A stretch of DNA of 64,000 bases from an uncultured bacterium (GTDB lineage: Bacteria; Planctomycetota; UBA1135). The stretch covers positions 61,504 to 125,503 of the forward strand of contig CALFOT010000036.1 in assembly GCA_937919925.1 (NCBI GenBank), given 5' to 3'. Shown piece by piece: positions 26,354 to 34,983 of this stretch (its first letter is position 1; each line of letters starts with the position of its first letter). Under the pieces are notes generated by a model. That model was not told where the DNA came from. It ran no database searches and saw only the letters and a list, made by a program, of their open reading frames with translations. A program made the translations under genes and the position numbers.

Positions 26354-29300
26354 TCAACGTGGGAATGCCGGCAAGGAACGTCCAGATGTCCAACCGACAC
26401 CGGTAGCATCCAACTCTCTCTGCAGCGCCGGCAATTCGTTTTCAATCAGGCGCACGAGATCGTGATAAACCAAGGCAAAGGCCTCTTCAGCGATTTGCGC
26501 CTGTTCCCGCATGGTGGTCGTGGGTGCTTCGGTAGTGCCAAAAACCCCCGAGCGCGCATTGCCCAGACGGCTTTGAATGGTAGGTGCGCCTTCGTGGCCA
26601 TGCTTGGTGCGGAGGTCGTCACCGGCAATCGCGAAGCGGGCATCCGTAAGTGCGAGTTCAAGCTCACGTAAACGATCACCTTGCGCGAGAGTGCCAGCGC
26701 GACCATTGCGCACGGCCGTTTTCATTTCTGCGACATCCCGCAAAGCTGCATCGAGCACGCGCAAACTGCCACCAATGACATTTTGCAGTTGGCCAATTTC
26801 TAACTTCCACGCCAGGGTGGCGGCACGCTCTTGCGCCGACAGGCCGAAATCCACAAGGTCCACGACCCGCACCGATTGCACAGCGCCAAAAGGTACATTC
26901 GTACCATCGGCAAGAAGGAAAAGTTGCAGTTGGTAAGTGCCAGCAGAAACGAGCGGACCGCGGCCGCCATTGAGGCCACCAAAACGCAAATCCCAAACAA
27001 CCTGCTGCATCCCCTTGGCGGAAGGAGCATCTAAACGGCGCACCAACATGCTGTTGACGTCGCGAATTTCCAGCATCAGGCGCGGCTTCTCCTCGCGCTG
27101 CTCTTGACGCAGAGTTTCCCAGCCAGGATAAGGCGTACCGGGGTCTTGGTAGGTTGCATCCTCTGGGGCCACTTCAGTTTCTTCAGTTTCTTCAGTTTCT
27201 TCAGTTTCTTCGGCATTGGTTGATGCCTCAGCACCAGCCGCTTCCTCCTGAGTCGCTGCTGGGTCCGCTGCCTTTTTAGCAGCTTTCGCGGCCTCCCGAA
27301 CCTCCTCTTGACGTTTGGCCTCCAGGGACTTCCAGCCATCCAGCAAGTAGTAACGAATCAGCGCGCCGCTTTCTGGATTATCCGCGCTGTAGTGACCATC
27401 GCCTTGCGCCCCATGACGGCCACCCAGTTCATCACTTTGTGGGAAAATCAAGGCGTCGCGCACTGCGAACAGATGCAACTTTTCGTTGACCATTGCCTCG
27501 CTTAATTCGCGTAAGGGCGCATAGTTGTCGAGCACAAAAAAGCTGCGCCCAAACGAGGCGGCAATCAGATCGTTTTCGCGTTTTTGAATTGCAAGATCGC
27601 GGAAAGGAGTGGCTGGCAAGCCGCCTTTCATTTGCAGCCAGTGCTCACCGCCATCTAGGGTAGTGAAAATTCCAAACTCCGTGCCAAGGAACATCAGTTG
27701 CGCTAACACGTGGTCTTGCACCAAGCGCCATACCAAATGGCGCTCTGGCAAATCCGCCGCGATGGAACTCCAAGTGCGGCCGCGATCCGTGCTCTTCATC
27801 AAATAAGGCTTGAAGTCGCCTACTTTATGATTATCCAGTGCCGCATAAACCGTATCCGCAGCGAACAAATCCGCCTTGATATCGTTGATAAAGGCTGTTT
27901 CAGGCACATCCCCAATTGGGCCAACTGCGCGCCAGTGCTCACCCCCGTCTTCGGAAACGTGAATGCGGCCGTCATCGGTACCGATATAGAGCAGGCCTTC
28001 CACAAGTGGCGATTCGCTAATTGAGGTGATATTGCCGTACATGGACATCGCACGCAAATCCCAAACAGCATCCAGATCCCACCAACGATCCATCATTTGA
28101 AGGTTTAAGCGATCACGTTGGTGCGATAAATCGGGGCTGATGGTGGTCCAAGAATCGCCGCGGTCTTCGCTGCGGTGCAAATGATTCGAACCGAAATAGA
28201 CACGTGCTGGATTATGTGGGCTGATAAAAATCGGCGAATCCCAGTTGAAGCGAAAGTTCTCTTCGTTGGGGCCAGGTTGCGGGCGTACATCGACCGATTC
28301 TCCGGTAAGGCGATTGAAACGCCGAATATAGCCCTGTTGCGATTCACCATAAATCACATTAGGGTCACTGGGATCAATCGCGTTATCGTGGCCGTCACCG
28401 CCGAGAATGATGCGCCAATCCGAGTTGCGCACACCTTGGCGGTTGTCGGTGCGCGATGGCCCGTATTGGGTGGAGTTGTCTTGCGTGCCTCCCACAATGT
28501 TGTAGATAGGCCAATCGTTATCCACATCCACTTTGTAAAATTGCGTCAAAGCCAGGTTCGAGAAAAACCGATACGTTTGGCCGCGGTCCTGCGAAAGGTA
28601 TAAACCGCCATCACAACCCACTAACAGGAAATCCGGGTCACTCGGATGAAAGGCGACGGCATGGTTATCGACATGTTTATTGCTATTACCAACCGAGTTC
28701 CAACTCTTACCGCCATCTTCACTACGCCCTAGATTCACATTCGCCTGATACAGAGTTTCAGCCTGATGCGGATCCACCCACAACTCTTGGTAGTAGTGCG
28801 GGCCGGTACCGCCAGAAATATAATCACTCTGTTTGGACCAGCTGGCACCGGCGTTTTGCGAACGCCAAAATCCGCCGGTGGAGCCACCCAGTTCAATTGT
28901 GGCGTAAACGGTATCTGGATCACTCGGCTCGATTGCCAAACCGATTTTTCCCATATCCGCACCCGGTAAACCGCCACCCAGCTGCGTCCAAGTCGAACCA
29001 CCATCGACGGATTTATGAATTCCAGATTCTGGGCCGCCATTCACCAGTGCCCAAACGGAACGTAAACGTTGATGCTTAGCCGCATAAATCACTTGGGAAT
29101 CACGCGGGTCTAAAACAATATCCGTCACGCCGGTGTAAGCGCCGCCCGCCAAAATCTGCACCCAAGTCGCACCGCCATCCACACTCTTATACAAACCACG
29201 TTCGCCACCGCCAGACCACAGCGGCCCTTGCGCCGCCACATACACGACATTGGCATCGGTTGGGTCGACTAAAATCTTCGCGATGTGCTCGGACTCCTTC

Positions 29301-29788
29301 AATCCAAGATTGCGAAAACTTTTGCCGCCGTCATCGCTGCGATACACGCCGTCGCCAAAGCCAACATGACGCCCGCCGACGGCTTCGCCGGTACCTACCC
29401 AAATAGTGTGGTGGTTATGGGGATCGATGGTCACACAACCAATGGAGTAACTGCCGTAGTTTTCAAAAATGGGTTGAAACGTAGTTCCAGCATTGGTGGT
29501 TTTCCACAAATTCCCCGAGCCAGCCGCAACATACCAAGTGTTCGGCGACACCGGGTCCACAGCAATATCTGCAATCCGCCCCGACATAAAAGCAGGCCCC
29601 AACGAGCGAAACTCAAATGCCGCAAGCAAACCCTCATTCAACTTGGATTCCTCTTCTTCGCCCTCCGCTTCCTTTTGCTCAGCCGCAATGGCCTCGGCTT
29701 CTCCTGCCGGTGGCAGCGCTTCATGCTGGAAATCAAAATGCGCGGGACTGGCGGTCGCTGCGAGAAGGGCTAGGAGGAAGGTCACCAT
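26354..29788 (-). CDS. Large secreted BNR/Asp-box repeat protein (sortilin/VPS10-like double propeller)
   Basis: 1144 aa with a signal peptide. It has about 10 Asp-box motifs (SDDGGKSF, SVDGGATW, SVDGGSTW, SEDGGKSW, SEDRGDSW, SEDGGEHW, STDRGRTW, TLDGGEHW and others). Confidence 0.75.
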   Translation of the reverse strand: MVTFLLALLAATASPAHFDFQHEALPPAGEAEAIAAEQKEAEGEEEESKLNEGLLAAFEFRSLGPAFMSGRIADIAVDPVSPNTWYVAAGSGNLWKTTNAGTTFQPIFENYGSYSIGCVTIDPHNHHTIWVGTGEAVGGRHVGFGDGVYRSDDGGKSFRNLGLKESEHIAKILVDPTDANVVYVAAQGPLWSGGGERGLYKSVDGGATWVQILAGGAYTGVTDIVLDPRDSQVIYAAKHQRLRSVWALVNGGPESGIHKSVDGGSTWTQLGGGLPGADMGKIGLAIEPSDPDTVYATIELGGSTGGFWRSQNAGASWSKQSDYISGGTGPHYYQELWVDPHQAETLYQANVNLGRSEDGGKSWNSVGNSNKHVDNHAVAFHPSDPDFLLVGCDGGLYLSQDRGQTYRFFSNLALTQFYKVDVDNDWPIYNIVGGTQDNSTQYGPSRTDNRQGVRNSDWRIILGGDGHDNAIDPSDPNVIYGESQQGYIRRFNRLTGESVDVRPQPGPNEENFRFNWDSPIFISPHNPARVYFGSNHLHRSEDRGDSWTTISPDLSHQRDRLNLQMMDRWWDLDAVWDLRAMSMYGNITSISESPLVEGLLYIGTDDGRIHVSEDGGEHWRAVGPIGDVPETAFINDIKADLFAADTVYAALDNHKVGDFKPYLMKSTDRGRTWSSIAADLPERHLVWRLVQDHVLAQLMFLGTEFGIFTTLDGGEHWLQMKGGLPATPFRDLAIQKRENDLIAASFGRSFFVLDNYAPLRELSEAMVNEKLHLFAVRDALIFPQSDELGGRHGAQGDGHYSADNPESGALIRYYLLDGWKSLEAKRQEEVREAAKAAKKAADPAATQEEAAGAEASTNAEETEETEETEETEVAPEDATYQDPGTPYPGWETLRQEQREEKPRLMLEIRDVNSMLVRRLDAPSAKGMQQVVWDLRFGGLNGGRGPLVSAGTYQLQLFLLADGTNVPFGAVQSVRVVDLVDFGLSAQERAATLAWKLEIGQLQNVIGGSLRVLDAALRDVAEMKTAVRNGRAGTLAQGDRLRELELALTDARFAIAGDDLRTKHGHEGAPTIQSRLGNARSGVFGTTEAPTTTMREQAQIAEEAFALVYHDLVRLIENELPALQRELDATGVGWTSGRSLPAFPR
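27172..27211. repeat. 9-bp in-frame tandem repeat (CTTCAGTTT x4 plus a partial unit) encoding (EET)n
   Basis: Read directly: cttcagttt cttcagttt cttcagttt cttcagttt cttc. It translates on the minus strand to EETEETEETEETE within an acidic linker. Confidence 0.9.
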
Positions 29789-29852
29789 GAGCCAGCGATT
29801 CTAGCCGAATCGGGAGTAGGATTGGGTTTTCTCAATGTGGTACAACAGAGCC

Positions 29853-30638
29853 ATGAAATGCCACCAAGTTGACTACACGATTCACGGCGACGATATGCAG
29901 ATGGTCGAGATCGAACTCGATCCTGGGGAAGTCGTCATCGCCGAAGCAGGCTCCATGAACTGGATGGAAGATGGCATTGAGTTCGAGGCTCTTATGGGTG
30001 ACGGCTCCAAGCCCGAAACTGGTTTCTTGGGCAAGCTGATGGATGCTGGAAAACGCGTGTTGACGGGAGAATCCATCTTTATCACCCACTTCACCAACCA
30101 TGCGCATGCAAAAAGTCATGTAACTTTTGCCGCGCCTTACCCTGGCAAGATTATTCCAATTGATATGGCGGCGCTAGGTGGCGAATTGCTGTGTCAGAAA
30201 GATGCTTTTTTAGCGGCGGCTTATGGCACCGAAGTGGGCATCGCCTTTCACAAACGTTTCGGCGCAGGCCTTTTCGGCGGCGAAGGATTTATTTTGCAGC
30301 GTCTTCGTGGCGACGGCTTGGCGTTCATCCACGCCGGCGGCACCATCATCAAAAAGGAATTGCACGGAGAGTCCTTACGCATTGACACTGGTTGCATCGC
30401 TGCCTTCACACCAGGGCTGGATTATGACATTGAACGCTCCGGTGGTCTGAAATCCATGGTCTTCGGTGGCGAAGGCATTTTCCTCGCTACCCTGCGCGGC
30501 CATGGAACTGTGTGGCTACAAAGCTTGCCGTTCTCGCGCTTGGCCGGCAGAATTCTTGCTGCTGCACCCCAAAGGGGAGGTGCTAGCAAGGGTGAAGGCT
30601 CGTTGCTTGGCGGTATTAGCCGAATCTTCGAAAGCTAA
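29853..30638 (+). CDS. AIM24/TIGR00266-family protein
   Basis: [33 protein letters not shown]...[11 protein letters not shown] is typical of the family. An upstream ATG at 29835 is also possible. Confidence 0.65.
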   Translation: MKCHQVDYTIHGDDMQMVEIELDPGEVVIAEAGSMNWMEDGIEFEALMGDGSKPETGFLGKLMDAGKRVLTGESIFITHFTNHAHAKSHVTFAAPYPGKIIPIDMAALGGELLCQKDAFLAAAYGTEVGIAFHKRFGAGLFGGEGFILQRLRGDGLAFIHAGGTIIKKELHGESLRIDTGCIAAFTPGLDYDIERSGGLKSMVFGGEGIFLATLRGHGTVWLQSLPFSRLAGRILAAAPQRGGASKGEGSLLGGISRIFES

Positions 30639-30738
30639 GGCTGCGGCCGACGCGGATGATGGTGAAAACTCACACAAAACCCGGAAGCCCCTAAACAATC
30701 ACTCCGAGCGAATTGGCTCCGCGAACCGACCCACTTCT

Positions 30739-30758
30739 GGGTTCGCCGGACGGTGACC
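30739..30758 (+). repeat. Solo copy of the IS66 terminal-repeat motif (left border of the low-GC island)
   Basis: GGGTTCGCCGGACGGTGACC. The same 16-17 nt core, TTCGCCGGAC(G/A)GT(T/G)AC, occurs at 34764-34779 and twice at 37899-37931. It occurs inverted at 32390-32406. Confidence 0.7.
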
Positions 30759-30761
30759 ACC

Positions 30762-31943
30762 CTACGGCTTTCGTTCCACCGATTGATATTTCCAAATGAA
30801 CTCGTATTCTGGCCAATGCTCAGCGTTCCATCGCAGGTGTAACGCGCCGAAAACTTTACCTGCACCGTTACTTACAGAGTATTCAAGCTCCCGTTCTTGT
30901 TGTGAAACCAAGGTACACTCGACATTGTCGGCCAGAGAAGAGATGAGCCAATCATGGCTACCTGCGACCGCACAAAACACAGCCCAATCAGATCTCAAGC
31001 GATAAGAATACGGCCCCATTGAACGAACCTCAAAAAGAAGATCATGAAAATATGTTTCTCCAGGGATTCCCGGAAAAACACCTTCAACAGTCCACAAGGA
31101 GTTTCCCGAAACAAGATTGCCTCGCCAGATTTGAAATGAAGAGTACTCAAAAATATTTAGATCCTCGATTGTGCCAGGTAGTGCATCTCGCCAGGTGATA
31201 CCTCGCGAGACAAGTTCGCGAGAATTACCGTAGTCTCCTGTGGGCCGGCCACGAAGCAAGCGCTCCACTGATTTTCGGGATTCTGGAAACAACCTTCGTA
31301 GTGTTTTCTGGGCACTATCTTGTTGGTCAGAACTTAATGCAGGGAAGCCTTCTTGGACCATCCTTACAAGGCGACCATCCTCCCAGAAAAAACTTGCCGT
31401 TCGCCCAGAAAGACTATCGAATGAATCAACATTCATAAAGGACCCGGAATATCTCCCCCGTGATTCAATACGCACAACAAACCCTTTCGCTGTCTTCTCC
31501 CAGGATACCTTGGGGAACTCGATCAGTGAGGCAAGAAGGGAGGACTCAAGAGCTAGGCACCATAGGCCAGCCTCTTCAGGATTATCGATTTGGTCCCTTG
31601 AAAAAATTTCATGCGCTTCCCGACTGCCTAACAACCGCATGCTTCCCTCATGCTCCAGACCAACCACCATCGTCTTGTTAGTTGGTGCAGGATGAAGCGA
31701 CCACCATTCTTCTGCCCAAAGGTGCAAATAATCGCCGTTCGCCCGTTCAACAGACTGAATAATGTTCCAACTCATTCGGGACGAATGAGTTAAGCATTTT
31801 CGCTCTGCAGCTTCAAAAATCTTCTGATTCGCCACCTTTGTGGACAGCGATGGAGCAGTGCAGGAGCACAAAGCGATTAAGAAAAAAAGTCTATTAATGT
31901 GTCCCATTCTGTGCATTCCATGGCTTAACGTAGTAATCTTCAT
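30762..31943 (-). CDS. Lipoprotein of unknown function; candidate immunity protein for the adjacent orphan toxin module
   Basis: 393 aa with low GC. Signal/lipobox ...FFLIALCSCTAP. It lies directly downstream of, and overlaps, the HExxH module at 31894-32436. Confidence 0.45.
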   Translation of the reverse strand: MKITTLSHGMHRMGHINRLFFLIALCSCTAPSLSTKVANQKIFEAAERKCLTHSSRMSWNIIQSVERANGDYLHLWAEEWWSLHPAPTNKTMVVGLEHEGSMRLLGSREAHEIFSRDQIDNPEEAGLWCLALESSLLASLIEFPKVSWEKTAKGFVVRIESRGRYSGSFMNVDSFDSLSGRTASFFWEDGRLVRMVQEGFPALSSDQQDSAQKTLRRLFPESRKSVERLLRGRPTGDYGNSRELVSRGITWRDALPGTIEDLNIFEYSSFQIWRGNLVSGNSLWTVEGVFPGIPGETYFHDLLFEVRSMGPYSYRLRSDWAVFCAVAGSHDWLISSLADNVECTLVSQQERELEYSVSNGAGKVFGALHLRWNAEHWPEYEFIWKYQSVERKP

Positions 31944-32436
31944 AAGTCTGCGTACCTAAACTATAGTTCTTCATTGTAGCCATAGCCCCATCATACCCAG
32001 CCTCATCAATCTGATTTGGGGTGGCGGGTATCCCCGCAAGGGAGCCTGCTTTCATCGCTTCTGCAGCCCGGTTATAGTCCTGGGCAATTGTACTATTTGC
32101 CGTATTCCACCTATCCATGGGCCCCCAGTTGGTTTTTACTGCATCCCAGACATCAGCTGCTGTCCTATAAGCATCTATTTCCAATCTTAAAGCTTTCTCG
32201 AGATAAGCATCCCTTTTTTCTTCCATCGAACCTTCTGGATATGAGTCCGGGTCCAAATTCGCTTCTTCTCCGTTAAGGAAATCATCTGCATGGGACATTT
32301 CGTGCACCAAAACAAGGAGAAGCTGGTAGGCCATCAAGGAATTTCCAAAACCACCCATCCCCAGTTCACCGCATGAACCACCAAAGACAGTAACTGTCCG
32401 GCGAAGGTGTACAAACCTCACTCCGACCTCACCCAT
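31894..32436 (-). CDS. Orphan, 5'-truncated HExxH zincin-like toxin module (its first ~16 codons come from the IS66 end)
   Basis: LVHEMSHADD...LRLEIDAY motif, similar in layout to the RHS C-terminal domain at 36603-37241. The ORF start lies inside the IS66 terminal repeat, which begins at 32390. Confidence 0.45.
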   Translation of the reverse strand: MGEVGVRFVHLRRTVTVFGGSCGELGMGGFGNSLMAYQLLLVLVHEMSHADDFLNGEEANLDPDSYPEGSMEEKRDAYLEKALRLEIDAYRTAADVWDAVKTNWGPMDRWNTANSTIAQDYNRAAEAMKAGSLAGIPATPNQIDEAGYDGAMATMKNYSLGTQTYEDYYVKPWNAQNGTH

Positions 32437-32439
32437 CCT

Positions 32440-33921
32440 CTAATCGCAGCCCGCTTTCCGCTCTTCTTTCCAAAGTCGCGGGATCAGCTTCGCCAGCACT
32501 TCATCTTTCAAATGCGGTGCCCGCTCAAGCACATCGCATAAATATTCCCACGGGTCAATGCCCTGCAGCTTGCAAGTTCCAATCAAAGAGTAAATCCCAG
32601 CCGCACGTTTGCCGCCATCCACGCTGCCTGTGAAAAGCCAATTCTTCCGACCCACAGCAATGTTCCGAATCGTGCGCTCGGTCGCATTGTTATCAATCGG
32701 CACTTCGCCATCTCTCGCAAACACCAGCAAAGCCTCCTTGCGATTCAGAGCATAGTTCACAGCTTTACCCCAAGCACTCTTAGGCAAAGCATCGATCTTC
32801 CAAGCCTCTAGCTTCTCAAACAGTCCTGCCAAGATGGGCTCACTCTCTGTTTCACGAATCGCCACTTTCTCTTCCGCACGCAATTCGCGAATCTTCTTCT
32901 CAATCCCATACAGCTCCGAAATCTCCGACACCACCCAGCTTCCTTTATCAGGATCCGAGCGCATCGCATCCACGAAGTAACGCCGCGCATGCGCCCAGCA
33001 GCCTGCCTCACGCACTCCCTTTTTCGAAAAGAGTTCGTTGTAGCCTCCATAGCCATCGACCACGATGGTTCCTTGGTAGTTGCCAAAAAACTTCGTCGGC
33101 CCTTCACGTCCACGACCTGTCGTGAAATCAAAGTACACTTCCTTTCGATCACCAGTGCTGGACCACAAATAGCACGTCTTTCGACCACCTCCGCGATGAT
33201 TCAATTGCATGATGATCTTGGTGTCATCATTCCCCACCACCCTCGATTGAAGAATCGAATGTTTCAAGCCCCTCAAAAGCGGCCCCAAACGATCGTAGCC
33301 ATCGGCCACCCAATCACACAGCGTCGAGCGAGCAATGTCGACGCCTTCTCGCGCCATGATTTGACTCTGACGATTTAAAGGAATGTGATCTGCATACTTG
33401 GAGGTCAAAACATGCGCGATAAGCCCTGGCCCCGGACGCCCCTTCTCAATCGGACGAGGAAGAGCGGCAAGCTGCACTGGCTTTTCTTGGCACCTGCGAC
33501 ACGCATAGCGAATACGCGCATGTTCTTTCACGCGAAAAGATGCCGGAATATATTCCAGCTCCTCGGTGATGTCTTCGCCGCATGGTTTCATTGCATCGCC
33601 ACACTTGCAGGTGCAATCCTCTTTGGGCGGATGATGCTCCACGCGCTCGCGTGGAAGATGGGCTGGCAAAGGTTTACGTCCGTGTGGCGTTTTGCGACGC
33701 TCACGTTTAGGACGCGCACCTTCATCGTCCGCGACGACGACCTCTTCCGGCTCATGCACTTCTTCCATACCGAGAAAAGGTAGTTGCGGATGATCTGATT
33801 GAATCTTCTCGCTGCGTGGCCCAAAGAGTGCTTTCTTTAACAGCGCCAGTTGCTCTCGGAGATATCGATTCTCAGATTCAAGAGTCTTCACGAGAGTTTG
33901 CATCTCGAGGAGTTGACTCAT
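32440..33921 (-). CDS. tnpC: IS66-family transposase TnpC
   Basis: 493 aa. It has an N-terminal leucine-zipper-like region, a Cys-rich zinc-finger region (CTCKCGDAMKPCG...CRRCQ) and a DDE core with WAHARRYF. Confidence 0.9.
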   Translation of the reverse strand: MSQLLEMQTLVKTLESENRYLREQLALLKKALFGPRSEKIQSDHPQLPFLGMEEVHEPEEVVVADDEGARPKRERRKTPHGRKPLPAHLPRERVEHHPPKEDCTCKCGDAMKPCGEDITEELEYIPASFRVKEHARIRYACRRCQEKPVQLAALPRPIEKGRPGPGLIAHVLTSKYADHIPLNRQSQIMAREGVDIARSTLCDWVADGYDRLGPLLRGLKHSILQSRVVGNDDTKIIMQLNHRGGGRKTCYLWSSTGDRKEVYFDFTTGRGREGPTKFFGNYQGTIVVDGYGGYNELFSKKGVREAGCWAHARRYFVDAMRSDPDKGSWVVSEISELYGIEKKIRELRAEEKVAIRETESEPILAGLFEKLEAWKIDALPKSAWGKAVNYALNRKEALLVFARDGEVPIDNNATERTIRNIAVGRKNWLFTGSVDGGKRAAGIYSLIGTCKLQGIDPWEYLCDVLERAPHLKDEVLAKLIPRLWKEERKAGCD

Positions 33922-34017
33922 CGGCCAGCTCCTCTTCTACAAATTGATTCTCCCACGCGCATGACCATAAGTTACGCGATTTGAATTGCTTTGCAAGCAT
34001 GTGGAGGGAAAACTTTT

Positions 34018-34377
34018 CTACATTTTCGGTCGAGCGTAACGCTTTTTCCGCTTGGTGAAACGAAGGTCGATTCCCGCTAGAAGCATGGACAAATCTTCGC
34101 TGGTCATTTCGACTGACGGCGACAGTCCTTCACGAATTTCCGGCCAAGTAAAAGTGCCCTCTTCTAAACGCTTCGCACACAGCCAATATCCAGAGCGATC
34201 CCAAACCAGAATCTTCAAACGATTGCGGCGACGATTGCAAAACACAAAGAGATGTCCGCTGAGCGGATCCTGTTTGAGCACGCCTTCAGCAATCTGCGCC
34301 AAGGTGTCAAAGGACTTGCGCATGTCCGTGATTCCCGCTGCGAGATAGATGCCGACGGAAGGCGGGAAATTCAGCAC
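34018..34377 (-). CDS. tnpB: IS66 accessory protein TnpB (Orf2)
   Basis: [70 protein letters not shown] is the canonical IS66 Orf2 sequence pattern. A GTG at 34377 overlaps the tnpA stop. The ORF is open to 34422. Confidence 0.85.
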   Translation of the reverse strand: MLNFPPSVGIYLAAGITDMRKSFDTLAQIAEGVLKQDPLSGHLFVFCNRRRNRLKILVWDRSGYWLCAKRLEEGTFTWPEIREGLSPSVEMTSEDLSMLLAGIDLRFTKRKKRYARPKM

Positions 34378-34736
34378 GGCGTGGAGAGGACTTGCAAGAG
34401 GCGCTGCAAGGTGTCGACGCAAAAGTTTGTGGGCACGCGCAGTGTGTGGCCGGAGGTTGTTTGGATTTCAAATGGATTCGGCGGCTCTGTCGGCGCTGTG
34501 ATTTTGACGGGCACCAGCTTTTGCGCCTGTGCATCTTTGCTTTCATCACGACGAAAACGATTTCGCCAGTACATCAAGGTGGTATAGGGAATGCCGTGCT
34601 TTTCTGCAGTGCGCTTGACGCTCACGCCGCTTTGACTTTGTTCGTCAAGCAGGGTGCGGTAGAAATCGGCGCCTTGGGATTTACGCCGAGAAGGCAGGGT
34701 ATGGGTTTCGGGGAGCTGCATGGAGGGAGCATGCAA
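34371..34736 (-). CDS. tnpA: IS66 accessory protein TnpA (Orf1, HTH)
   Basis: 121 aa. [23 protein letters not shown] is an HTH, and the ORF sits first in the IS66 operon. Confidence 0.75.
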   Translation of the reverse strand: MHAPSMQLPETHTLPSRRKSQGADFYRTLLDEQSQSGVSVKRTAEKHGIPYTTLMYWRNRFRRDESKDAQAQKLVPVKITAPTEPPNPFEIQTTSGHTLRVPTNFCVDTLQRLLQVLSTPC

Positions 34737-34878
34737 TGGCCGGGGTGCCGAGAAAAGATGGGGTTCGCCGGACGGTTACCCAGTAAATGGCCTTTCCTGG
34801 AGTTTAGGTGCAAGACTTGTAGAGAGAAAAGCTCGGCCCGCATGAGCCATTATCGGCAGATGCAAGATGTTTCAATCG

Positions 34879-34915
34879 CATTACTTACGCGTCGGCTGAA
34901 TATTGGCACCATACG
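34879..34915 (+). repeat. 37-nt direct repeat, copy A (copy B at 37967-38003)
   Basis: CATTACTTACGCGTCGGCTGAATATTGGCACCATACG here and CATTACTTACGCGTCGGCTAAATATTGGCACCATACG in copy B, with 1 mismatch. In both copies it lies 35-100 nt to the right of an IS66 terminal-repeat motif. Confidence 0.85.
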
Positions 34916-34983
34916 CCGTCAGCAAAATATCGGCACCGCATCTCGTTTAGAACATCATGTCCACTGCGCCGACGGCTGTGGAT

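Larger units (their letters stand above)
32390..34779 (-). mobile_element. IS66-family insertion sequence (tnpA-tnpB-tnpC), about 2.39 kb
   Basis: Three-ORF IS66 organisation. The terminal inverted repeats are GTAACTGTCCGGCGAAG (32390-32406) and the reverse complement of 34763-34779, GTAACCGTCCGGCGAAC, giving 15 of 17 matching positions over these 17-mers and 15 of the first 16. They begin with GTAA, as is typical for IS66. Confidence 0.8.

Noticed and set aside
34853-34860. Perfect GCCGATAA (sigma-28 -10 consensus) on the minus strand upstream of the IS66 tnpA
   Set aside because: No TAAA-like -35 element lies at the required 15-nt spacing. This is probably a chance occurrence within IS-flanking repeat sequence.
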